Below are positions 45,988-59,855 of a stretch of DNA of 64,000 nucleotides, one piece after another. The notes below the pieces were generated by a model. It was not told the DNA's origin, searched no databases, and saw nothing but the letters and a program-made list of their open reading frames with translations. A program made the position numbers and the translations under genes. Source of the stretch: Entomortierella parvispora E1425 (taxonomy: Eukaryota > Fungi > Mortierellomycota); assembly GCA_020891255.1 (NCBI GenBank), contig BQFW01000010.1, forward strand, positions 744,001-808,000, read 5' to 3'. How positions within the stretch are numbered: position 1 is the stretch's first letter; each line of letters opens with the position of its first letter.

Positions 45988-48900
45988 AAGGGGACCATGG
46001 AGAGACTCCAAACCATGAACCCCCTGACCCTATCCATGGAGAAAACACAGAAGAAGTAAGCGTACTGGTTGCTACTCGTCCCACTACCCGCAACCCTACC
46101 AGCTCGTTACCGTATGCAAAAGCGCCGCCGCCTCGAGGAGTGCCTCGCCCCAACGCTGCCACCCAAGTCCTGAAAAGACCACCTGCCATGACTACACGTG
46201 TTGGCCCATCTGCCATGTCGCATGTCAAAGCCCTCCAACATGCTGCGGCCAAGGCTCGCTCGATGGATGTCGATCCTCCTCCTCGACGAGAGATGATGAC
46301 CGCAGTGGAGATTCCCATCAAGCCCAAGGAGAGTGTCCCAAGTTCCATTGAAGGTCCATCTGCTGCGGAAAACTTGGCCCGGCTCGAACGAACCATCGCT
46401 GCACAAAGATGCAATCAAGGCAACGAAGGGAATTGAGAGAGATGGGCGAGATAGAGATGGAGGCGGACGACTCAGATGGCGGATTACGAAGGATGATGGT
46501 GCCGCCGAAGGAAAGTCGAAAAGTAATGGAGACAAGAAAAGTGAATGGAGGAAGAGATGATGGAACGAGCATGCGTGCGTCATCGGCCAAGAAGATCACA
46601 TGGGAGGAAAAAGACCAGTCACGGCCACCCTCGCCCGAAAAGAAAAAAGAGAGCAGCAAGAACGACAAAAAAGGGGAGCAAAAGAAAAAAAAAACGGACG
46701 GACCGGATCTTACCCTCGAGTCAGATGAGGCGTTTTTGAAGTCGTTACCCAATCCTATCGTGTTGCAGTTGAAGCAGAAACCTTTTGACATCCGTCAGTG
46801 CTTACGAACCACCAAAGTCGAAGGCTTAACCATCGGGCAACTGATGGAGTTGTCACCCAGCATTAGACGGACTGTACAAGCCTCGCTGAAAACTGTGCCG
46901 CGCGAGGAGCGAGTCCTACTCACTCAAGAATATCCCTCGTTATTACTGGGCGAGTCCGAAATAGAAGAGCTACGTGTTTTTCTGAACCGAGTGGAACGAT
47001 CCAAAACCGACACCCATGGATTCAGAGCTGCCATCATGGGAACCAAGTGCGAGATTTTGTTGGATGGTGGCTCCTGTGTCAATGTTATCCGTCGTGGATT
47101 TCTCGATCAAATCGGGATAACCAACCACACACCTTACTCGTCATTTTCGTTGAAAGGTTTGACTGGAAACGCTGGAGTTGCTGGAGAAGCTCCGGGCGTT
47201 CCTATCGACATTCAAGGTATCATGATTCCAGCGGGCTGCGTGATTGTGGACTCTGTCGACTTCGATATTTTGTTGGGCCGCCCATTTCTCGAGGCTTGCA
47301 GCGGATACACAAATTGGTCTACTGCTATCACTACCTTGCATGTCCAAGGATTCAAGGTCACAATTGATGGTCGCGCCCGCACCCTTCCGATCGTTTCTCG
47401 CGTTGACAACCAAGACGATACGAGTGAATCCGAAGCCGAACTCAGCGAAGACACGTCCGAGGATTCAGGTACCGATAACGAAGCGTCCTCCACCAGCGAA
47501 AAAGAAGATGGGGATGAAGGATACGCCCTCCTTATTCGAAACATCCAGGAAGGGAGGGTAGAGCGCACTACCGTGGAACAACTCAAGCAGGACGATGCCA
47601 AGGGAGACATTGTCAATTGTTGGTTTTTGCAAGCGGTTTTCCCAGAACCCCCTATTCCGGATGGTCGTCAACCTGTATCATGTCTCTCCGTTGTGGATGC
47701 TTCCCACCCGTCACCATCTGCTGAAATCAGTTCTATCTTCGACGCTTCTCCGATCATGGTGAATGACTCCTATGGTTTCCACCTGGAAGCACCACGTTGC
47801 CGAGACCGGTTGACTAACACTCCGGTCATGTTGCTGCCTGGTTTGGAGGAACGATCAGTGTATGTGGGAGACATACCGGAGGTGCATGATAATTTATCAG
47901 AAATTCGACGTATTTTCCAGAAACATGAGGAATGCTTTCCAAAGGAGGGCGAGATGTCAAGGACTCTGAACGCTGATATGTTGGAAGCACCCGCTTCTTT
48001 CCACCTCAAGCCTGGCTCAAAGTTTCCGCGTGCGTACAACAAGAAATATTCACCGGGTCAGATAACCACTTTATGTGAATATCGCGATCAAATGGTCAAG
48101 GCTGGAAAGATGAGGCGATCCAGCTCTCCTGCCTCCTGCAATCCGCTCTTAATACAAAAGAAGGATAACTCCTATCGGGTATGCGTTAATTTCATACCAG
48201 TCAACAAGTTGATTGCACCTATGGCATGGCCGCTACCGGATCCCATCACCGAGATATACAAGTTGCAAGGATGCGAGTTTTTGTCATTTTGGGATTGCAA
48301 AGATGGGTATCTTCAATCACCTATCGCCGAAGACAGTCGCTTCCTCACCGCCGTCGCCTTTCCGGATGGATTATACGAGTATAACGTATTGCCTATGGGA
48401 TTGATCGATTCTATGCAATGGTATACTCGCCACATGGGCGAGGTCTTCAGCACAATCAAGGAACGACTAGGGAATTTCGTGGACGACATGGCTACAGGCG
48501 ACGGCACCTTTCATCTCCATTTCCGCACCGTTGAAGAAGTGCTAGCCCGCATGGATATGTTCAACGGTTCGTTTTCAGGCAAGAAATCGGCGTTCTTTGT
48601 CAAACAGCGCGAGTTCTTGGGAAGGATTGTAGGAGATAGTCGGATCTCTGCGGACCCCAAGAAGCTATTCAAGATGGAATATTGGCCCGTGCCTCAGAAT
48701 GTCACTGAACTACGCGGTTTCGTTGGTTTTGCTTTATTTTTGTGTGATTTCATATCCAACTTTTTCTGCAATGGCTGCCCCATTGTTTCCTCTGTACAAA
48801 TTGCACAAGGATCCAAACGCTTTTGTGGAAAAATGGATGTCAGATCCCAAATATATGAAAGCCTTCCGCGATATTCAGGTTGCTCTGGTCACCGCTCCAG

Positions 48901-50679
48901 TTCTAATTATGATGGACCATAAGAGACCGGTTATTATATCCGCTGACACGTCGGATTTCGCCACAGGGCATGTGGTTGCTCATTGTCTGAACCCAGAAGA
49001 TGACGATCGGATCGATATCAACGTCAAATATCAGCCCATTGTTTTTGGAAGCCGGAAATTATCGGGGGCCGAGTCTCGTTATTTTGCCACGGAGCGCGAA
49101 TTGCTAGGACTAGGGTATTGCCTCGTCAAGCACAGTCATCTGTTAGAAGGGAAGGAGATTCATGTCTTCATCGACCATCGGGCGTTGTTATACATGCATA
49201 ACCTTTCTTCGAGGAGCGCGCGACTCACTCGGTGGACATTAATCATCGCCCAATACCGGGTTACCATTCATCATCGACCCGGGCGGGACATGAAAGACTC
49301 CGATCCTTTATCTCGCATCCATCACAAGAATGTCACTGGGGAGGATCTACCGGACCTTGGGGTGGAGGAAGCCATTGAGATACAAGAAAACAAGAGGTTG
49401 ATGAGCACTTTGCTCATCTCGGAGGACCAAGAGCCATTCGTCTCAATTGTGGCTGCGTTACAAGGAGATCCTTTGACCTATTTGGACAAAAAATTCAAGG
49501 GGCAAAATTATGAGCATGCTACCCAAGTATTTTGTTGCTCAAGGTCGTCTATTCAAGCGCACGCCTGGCGGCATGCCTCGCCAATACGTGCCGCCTGGAG
49601 AAGTATCTAGGGTGTTAGAACGCGCTCATGGATCCACCATCGTCGGGCATCTGGGCGTAGTTTCGACCTATACTCTCATCGCCGAGGGATACTTCTGGCC
49701 TGGGATGTACAAGGACGTTAAGGAACACTTATCCAGCTGTGATGCATGTCAACGGTATCAGGCACGAGACCCCACCCGATATCGTTTCCATCGCATACCT
49801 CCGCCTCGAACTATCTTTGAGACTGTGGGACTAGATGCCGTCGGACCTTTGCCAATGTCCAATGGAAAGAGATTCGTTTTAAACATGGTGGATTATCTCT
49901 CCGGATGGGTTGTGTCCGTTGCATTGTCATCCTTGGCTGGAAACCTAGTCTTGCGAACAGTTGAAAAACATTGGGCGATGCAATATGGCCATCCTAAACG
50001 TATCATCACGGATAATGGATCATCGTTGTCCGCAGGAGTCTTCAAAGCATGGTGTATCAAGCATATGATCGATCTGGATCCAGCTTCTGCATATCATGCA
50101 CAGACCAACGGAATGGTAGAGCGGTATAATGGTTTCATGGTGCGTCAAATGGCCCGTATCATCCAGCACGATGGATTACCAGAGAATGCGTGGGCTACCA
50201 TTCTGGATCGTGTTACCTGGACTTGGAGGACCCAGATCAAACAGACCCGGGGGGTTTCACCGTTCGAGATCCTTTTTGGGCAACGAGCCCGCCTTCCCTG
50301 GGATATCGATCTTAACCACAACATGGACTTGGAAGAACGTGAAGAGGTGGATGAGGAGAGACGGGAAATCTTGGGAGTTTTACGCGCGGAGGTTCATCAA
50401 AGGATCATAAATGAGCACAAATGGTCCACCGATGCAGCCGACCTCCCTCCCCCTCGACAGTACGAAGTTGGAGATGAGGTACTAGTACATCAATCCGCGC
50501 TTCTCAAGCAGTGGAGCGGTAAGCTCTCACCCAGATGGAAGGGACCTTACGTTATTGTTGAAGCTTTGCCCGGAGGAGCCTATCGATTGAGTGAAAAGAT
50601 CGATGGACAATGGCATCGATATTATGGAGGTCGACCCGTTAATCACAGTCGCCTTAGACCGTATAAACGAACGACCTAG
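45978..50679 (+). pseudogene. pol: Pol of A2 (long linker-PR-RT-RH-IN), with homopolymer frameshifts
   Basis: ORFs 46140, 46409-48922, 48699-49610 and 49510-50679 concatenate into one Ty3 pol that ends without a chromodomain. Confidence 0.88.
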
Positions 50680-51590
50680 TAGGATATGGGGATCAGCCCA
50701 CCAGAGACACTCACTGGCTTGCTCTCACATAGGAGGATGTGAGAAAGAGACCCTGGGATCGGTGTGGTGTAGTAGATGTGGAGTCCCGGTCCACATCCAT
50801 CGGAGTAGAGATATATTTTCAGTAGCATTTATTATTTTGTTTAGTTTCAGTTTTTTTTCTATAAAGAAGGGAGCAAAACCCATTTTGCTCCTGGTTGCCT
50901 TTTTCCTTTACGATTCCTGCCAGTACACTTTTGTTGAACCCTTCAGAACACAAACATACATCCCCCCCTTCCTGCCCGATATCCCCTTTGCAGCAGCAGC
51001 AAGCTCGACGCCTTAATTCCGATTGCTGAGACTATTAGTAGCTAGTCTAAACCTCCTCCCCCCCTTACCTTTGGATATCACAGACCTATTGCGTTCTGTT
51101 GATCGACCTTGTACACTCACAAGTTACGATCTTCCCCGTCCTCGACAAGTCCCGTCAAGAACCTCGGCCAACCAGTTCTCCGTGTCCTTGCTCACTTACG
51201 AGTTAGTATAGTACCTAGTGTTCGCCTCCGTAGTTGTTTATTCTCCTGTTTGGTTACCATTAGGACGTGCTTAGCTCATTGGTATGTCCTTATTAGTCTC
51301 CTTTCAGTTTCGTTCCTGCTTACATCGTGATCCTGTTGCTCATTCTCCTCCTCCTGTCTATCCAGTTCATTCTCTCGAGATTGTATCTGATCATATAGCA
51401 GTGCTGTGCTTGATCCTTGTGGCACAGAGAGCAAAGTCCCTATCATATGTAAGCAGCGAGCTTTGTTCGTTATTATTCTTTTCGTTATCATTTTCACCTC
51501 CAGCCTTTGCTGACGTTAGACTATACTTACTTTAGACAACATCACAACGTTTATTGCTGGATCAAGTGTAAATAAAGTCAATGCTCCAAT

Positions 51591-52665
51591 CTATGCACCG
51601 AAATTCTCCTTCAGCCCATCGGCGTCATAGCCACAGTGCGAAAACAAATTGATGGCTATAGGCCCTGTTTTTGCACATGCCTTGAATGCAAGGTCTAGAA
51701 CGATTTCCGGTGCCTTGGCATAAACAAGATTTGCATTCTTTTCAATGAAGCGTTTGGTTAGAGAGAAACCAACCTCAATTGGGTTCAGTTGGGGAGAATA
51801 GGGAGGAAGAAAAACAAGAAATGCCCCCCGACTTTCAATTGCTTCGCGGAATTCGCTATACATATGAATGCGAGCATTGTCTATAACCACAAGTGAGTTT
51901 GGTAGAGGGTAAGGTTGAAGGTGGGGTAGAATCTTGTCGACAAATGCATCATGAAACGATTCCCGTGTGAATGTTCCAGTAGTGAATTCCCAGGCAAGAA
52001 AACCTCTGTAGTTAAAAGCAGCCAGTGCCGAGACACGGATCCCCCGTGAGAAAGGAACGTTTACAATAGCTGGCGTATTGACTGTGGAATAGGCGTACGA
52101 TCTCAAAGCCGCTCGTCCGTCCTTGCTCGTCTCATCAATAAACACAATCTGCTCTGGAAAGAGGTACAGTTCCTTCATGTTTTGTCGAAACCACTCGATT
52201 TCCTGTGGATTTGACTCGTGTGCTCGTTTCTGCAACTTTTTTCTTGTGAGATTCAGATCATTTCGTAAAGCACGGCAAATTGTGGAGACTGACGTATTCT
52301 GCAGATCTGGAAATTCACGCCTAAGTTCCTCTTGTAGCTCCTCAAGGAAGAAGCAAGGATGGTGTTTGGTATATGACTCGACAAAAGTCAACACATCTGG
52401 CGGCCATCGAGAAGAGCTTTTGCGCGTATGTTCAATGTGAACGTTCCCTGTGTTATTGAAATGACCTGTCCATGTCAAAAAAAAAAAAAAAAAAAAATAA
52501 GAAAAAAAACGCGAAGGCGACGCGACTCAACAACGCTGACTTACGAGACCATTTCGTGATCGTGTGTTGCGAAATGCCTAGCAGCACTGCCACAGCAGAC
52601 CTGGGCAGGCCCATTATATTGTAGAGCTTAATGGCGCACCAGCGAATATCGTCTGAAAAGGTCAT
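51591..52665 (-). CDS. IS630/Tc1-type DD34E transposase, 2 exons (52665-52545, 52465-51591), 331 aa
   Basis: N-terminal HTH (DDIRWCAIKLY…LLGISQHTITKW). A 79-nt GT-AG intron joins the exons in frame (WSR/HFNNTG). FIDETS, IDNARIH, LPPYSPQLNPIE. Confidence 0.88.
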
Positions 52666-53188
52666 TGGGGTGTGGGGTGATGTTTGAGAAGCAACACACA
52701 CGTTGCAGTTTAAATACTGCGGTCCGAATAGCTGTTTCTCATCTTTTTACCCATTCTGAATGCGTAAAAAGTTCGCAAATATACTACAAATAAACGGATG
52801 CCAGGTAAAATACGAACATACCCATGCTTTTTCGAACCACACGCAGAAACTCCTTGTCAGTGCGGTTCCAAAACGCACCCTACGCTTTCTGATATTTTAT
52901 TTATCCTGCGTCCTTGTTCACGTGCCCGCCTTGTCACGTGCATTTAGCATACCAAATTTCCAAGTTAACCGGAGTGACTGTTCATTGATATATATTTTAT
53001 CATCATGATATCTGCAAGTTTATTTTTTTTTAGGTGCAAAGCACAATAGTCCACATGTACTTACGTCATTTCGTTACTATGTGTATACTGCACAGTAAAA
53101 AAAGTCGACCAATGTCTCAAAGTTTGCATTTCAAATATCGAATCAAACACAGAAGTAGTTGCAAGAGCTTACGACAAGAGCTTTTATT

Positions 53189-55259
<2,071 letters not shown>

Positions 55260-55423
55260 CCTGTAAATGGAGGGAAGAGGCTGGGATGGATCAATAGACA
55301 ACAAAGTGCCGTGCCCTCAATGCAGGCGCAATCACACCCACCATCAGCAGACAATCTGTAATTGACAGAGTGTTTTTCTATCTGCACATGTGATTTATTC
55401 GATATCACGTGGGGTTGAAATTT

Positions 55424-58400
55424 TCATTTGATTTTTTGAAGAAGAGCTTTCAAAGCGGAGACAACGGCCACACGTCGCAGACCAGTTGCAAGAGGCAGAC
55501 AGCCCATAAGCGCCTGCTTTTTCTGGTCCTTGGTCCAGTTGGAAGCTAAATCCACTCGTTGGATCTGCCCTAAGATGGCTTCCTCATTGTAATCTAGGCA
55601 AGGGATCAAAAGGTGGCGGTTAGAGACTCAGAACAAAGATTACAAAGCACGTCGACATAGTGGGGTATACCTGTTCTCGTCTTCTTCAGCTCCTTGACCA
55701 AATGAACCTTGAATTCCTGCGGCGACTCCTTCAAAGCTGAATGATCAGTCTTTCTATGCTCATGTATATCCGGGTTCGTAGCCGAATTTGCAGTCACTGT
55801 TGCGTCCATAGGCTGCTTAGAGGGTGTTATCTGCCATGCCAGTACATTAGCATCTGGAGTGGGCGGCGCAGATTCTTTTTGGATATCATTCCATGACCCC
55901 TCCGTAAGCGTGTTATTGCCCAATTCAATCCCAGTAGCAGCCAGATCAATCTCTCTTGGAGTAGCTGTGTCTATGTCTTCGTTGGATAATGTCCGTGAAT
56001 GTAATTCTGCTAGCAACGGTAGAGGAGTCGACAGTCCACCAAACTCAGGTTGTTCCGGCGGAAGAAGATAGGGAATAGGAACAAGGCCTTGCTGAGGATG
56101 GGTTTGCTCCATCTGTTTCGGAATCTGTTTAGGCACTTCTGTCATTATTTTCTGACCAAAAATATCAGGTCCCTGTAGTGATTCCTCTGAGTGAGACGGG
56201 AAGGTTCGAGGAATAGACTGAAGTTCCATAAGAGCTGACGGATCATACACTAGGCTATCGAAGACGGTCGAATTGGTCCCATGAAGATGCTCTAGGTCTT
56301 GCTGGACGCTCTCGCGGTGCCTTTTGAAAATTTCGTCATCGAGTGCCGTTGCTGATGGCCTCCTCTTTGGGTTCGACTCATTGTCCAGTTGCTCTTGAAT
56401 ATCCTCCATAGTAATTGTAGTGAGAGGTTCCGGTATCATATCCTGCGCGTGTTGAAGTTCACTAGCCTCTACGTCGTCGTCATCGAGGCCTATACCGCCT
56501 GGCATTGGCGTATCAGCTCTCAGGCGTGCGGCGTCATCATCACCATCCAGTTCCATTTCGTCCGAGTTAAACATTGCCCGCCTAAAGTCATCATCCTCGT
56601 CATCCTCATCTTCTCCGTCGTGCATAACCATGTGTCGATCTGGTATGTCGTCAGATGTTGATACTTTCCCAGAGCTGTCCTTAATCATGATGCCCAGCGA
56701 GGGTGCGGCGGTATCGATCGCAAGAGTCCCAAACAACACAACTTGAACTTTGCCTGTCGAACTGCGGTCACCAGGCGCAAGCCCGGGAATTCTTTCGATT
56801 TGAAAGTGAGAGGGTGATATGGAGCGTCTTCGTGGCTTCCTTTTCCGCCCCAAGATAGAAGACAGAGATGTACCTCCGGAACTCCCAGTAGACGGGACCG
56901 ATTGATCTGCTGCAGAGGCCTCATCCTCTTCATCGATTGATACCTTCTTGTCCTGTTTGTATGGATTCCCAAACATTGTTCTCTGTAGTGATCGTGATGT
57001 CTCTTCGTCTCTGAAGGGGTCTCTCAAATTTTCCTGCTGAAGTTTCTGCATTCGATCCTGGTAAATTCCCATGTCTGCAATTGGGAGTGAGTGAAGTTCA
57101 TCAGAGTCTAACAAAGACTCCATCTTCGAAGGGCTTCTCATTGTTGTGCCCATTGGTTTTGGCGCAGTTAATGCCAGCGGAAGGGAAGGGTCGGTGGCTG
57201 ATACCATGGTTGTCGCTGGAGAAGAAATGTGCAGTTCTTTGAAAAATGCTTTTTTGAGTTCAGTCAATACAGACACGAGTTCTGATCGAGGTACATCAAA
57301 TGCATTTGCGCAAAGTGTCTTTTTTTTTGAAACTGAAGCATCCATCGACGGACGTACTTCCGTTACCAGGAATCTTTCAAGATCCGACGCTGCCTAGAAA
57401 GTGATAATGTATGCACAGGCTATAGTGTCAGGGTACATCTTTTAGATCAATGAGATCAGTCCTAGTTACGTACCAATATCTTGTTTTTAGCAAGTGTTTT
57501 GCTTATTCCTTGGCTTAAAAGGGCGCCACTCTGTTCTAACGGTAGAATATTGAAGATGCCCATACGCTTGAATGCGTTTCTCAATGGCTATGGGTTGGAA
57601 ACGAAAATTAATAAGTTTTATCTAAATTCGATATAGCAAGTGTTGATTCTGCTTACAGTGATGTAATATGTTGGAGTGTGACTTAGATATTCCTCAAAGT
57701 CACGTAACCACTCTGGTGTTGGACTCCTTCCTGGGATCGAGTTCAGGTTCACTAATGCGAATCCAAATAGAAATTAGTAGAGTGTCCTTTGGAGTAGTTC
57801 GTGCATGTGATGGTGTTCAGTACTATACCCAAAAGCGTGAATAGTGCAGGGTAGTTGTAAGCAACTACAGTCAACGTGACGGCATTCTTTTGAGTACTGG
57901 CTTTGAGGAACCCGAAAGGAAACCCAAATCCCTCAGTCTTGTAACTGTTCTTGACGTACACCTACAAGGGTGAGATAGCCCATACAGAATATCAGGGTTT
58001 GGAAAAAAGGGGCATGTTGATCGTTCCAGGCCATCCTTTGCCTAAGATGAAGCCTAAACTTACAGGCCAGCATGATCCTGGTGGTCGTGTTAGTAGCTCC
58101 TGTGTCATTGGGCTTGGGGCGACAACATACTTGTCATAAGGGAAGCCTTCTGGAATGTCGACGCTTTTTTCTTCCTTTGTGTGGTAGTGTATTGTTGGTT
58201 GAGCATTCCGTGTGGGTAGCCTTTGTGTGTCAGTTTCCGGCCAGAACGCCTCTGGTAACGGGAAAAATCCTGCGTGTCGCGGAGTGTTTAACCATGTTGG
58301 ATTGACATAGACAAGCTGATGGTGATTCGCAGTGCTTGGTCTTCGTGGGTCTACTACTCAAAATGAACCTCTGGATTAAAACCTGTTCATGGGAAGGAAG

Positions 58401-59672
58401 GGGGTGTCGTTATATGTAGTGAGAGATACTATGCACTCACCAATCAAGTCTTCAAAGTTGACAACCACGCCGTATATATGAAGAACGGCTTGTGGCGAGT
58501 ACTGTGTAGGAGGGATTTTGCTGATCCCAAGCATGCAGTCAATTGCCTGAAGCATATGACGCAACGTGCGTACGCGATAACATGCACCTGCGACAGCAAA
58601 CGGGGTGTACGAGTCGGTGGAGCTTAGTCATCGTGATCTATTTTCAACTTCAAATTAGTTCCCTCACATTGACATACCTCCCATGACGGTGCTAAGGACA
58701 CCAAGCTGCTGATCGACCATATCTGCATTGGGTTCCAAGAAAATGGTATAAAGTCTCTGGTCCCAGCGAAATGGCTCATGATAGTAATCCACTCCTGCAG
58801 AGGTGATTCCAGGAATATTCAACTAAACGTCGATGGGCGAGATTTCATTAGCTGGTGAGTTATTGTTGATCGACAGGGTCCATAATCAGCCCTAAGAATT
58901 TCACGTACTCTTTCCAATTGACTTGTCGCAGAGGCCTGCTTGCCTCCGTCTGTGAACCACAGTATAATGGAGGGTTCAATTGTACCAGGAAAGCGTCCCT
59001 GTTGGAGTATAGATCGGTTGGACTATTAGAGGCAAACCTTGCGCACAAAATTCTCCGCTCATCACCGTGGTGCTTACAGTAGCGGGGGTATCAAGTCCAT
59101 TGTGGACACGGTGCGCATTTAAAAAGTCGAATATTGTCGACAAAGATGCACCTGGATTCGACAAGTCGTTCGCCTTGAGCATCTTTAGTTCTTTCAACAG
59201 GCTCGAGAGCGGGTCCTTGAGCGTAGACTACAGCAGTGATAGACTGTTAGGGACACACATTTCTTCCATGCAGTTTCGCTAATTATCAGAACACTTGCCT
59301 TGATGCAACCCAAGCCGTCATCGTATGTGACTAGCATGTACTTGTCATTGTGCTTGTCGACCGGTTTAACCTGAGGGAGATGCTGTTCAATGCGGAGGTC
59401 AGAAAGGGAAATCAGAGAAAGAAATTTGTGATGTCAATATCCTCGGTCTTATGAGGCTTCAATGTCGCTCAAAGCATTGCATGAGCCGCAAGCTTTAACA
59501 GATAGGTCCTGCAACTATTTCAAGTCGTCGTCGGTCCGACCCGGGGAGACGATCGACGTGGTACCTTGATAAGATGTTCGATTCCCGACTTTGTACACTC
59601 CAGAGCAGACATGCCATTCGAAAAGGAATTGTTCATGGACGCACTGGTGTCGACCAGAAATATGATGATCAT
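55424..59672 (-). CDS. INTS6: Integrator complex subunit 6-like VWA protein (multi-exon)
   Basis: IIFLVDTSASMN (MIDAS-like), DKYMLVTYD, KELKMLKA, EPFRWDQRL all match INTS6 N-terminal motifs, followed by a long acidic C-terminus. Confidence 0.78.
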
Positions 59673-59855
59673 GTTGACGATACTGTAATCACTGAGAGTA
59701 TCTTCAACAGTCGGCCAGGACGATGATGGAGAGAGCAATCATGCAAGGCGCGACTGATGCGCGCAACCGCAACCTGGTTGCCACCAATGCACACTTTGCT
59801 CAAAAGCCAAGCCACTCAAAGTTGAGTATTTTATTCATTTTTTCACAAAAAACAC

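Larger units (their letters stand above)
43554..51546 (+). mobile_element. Ty3/gypsy family A, copy 2 (A2), young insertion with short-form LTRs
   Basis: LTRs 43554-44338 and 50763-51546, ~1 SNP apart, both carrying a 252-bp deletion. Perfect 4-bp TSD ACGT. Confidence 0.95.
42392..53090 (-). mobile_element. Two-gene IS630/Tc1-superfamily DNA transposon (~2.7 kb without the A2 insertion)
   Basis: Left end TA|CAGTGTACAC; right end GTGTATACTG (9/10 inverted match, followed by CA rather than TA). Subterminal inverted motif 42448-42468 / 53028-53048 (2 mismatches in 21). With A2 removed, the two ORF stops are 45 nt apart. Confidence 0.65.

Noticed and set aside
48751-48770. Programmed +1 frameshift between RT and RNaseH in family A (extra T in both copies)
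   Set aside because: It sits in a T5 run, and this assembly shows many homopolymer-length discrepancies between copies. A systematic consensus error or shared lesion is more likely. Short-read polishing would decide.
18422-51535. Recurrent short ORFs (MSLLVSFQFR…, MKMITKRIIT…, MLRLLVASLN…) suggesting a repeated small-protein family
   Set aside because: They all lie inside LTR-A copies and recur only because the LTR does. No coding signature.
17647-51546. CRISPR-like repeat-spacer array (LTR-A/B repeats separated by pieces of diverse TEs)
   Set aside because: Repeats are 0.5-1 kb bona fide LTRs in both orientations with irregular spacing. Nested insertion plus recombination explains the pattern, and there are no cas genes.
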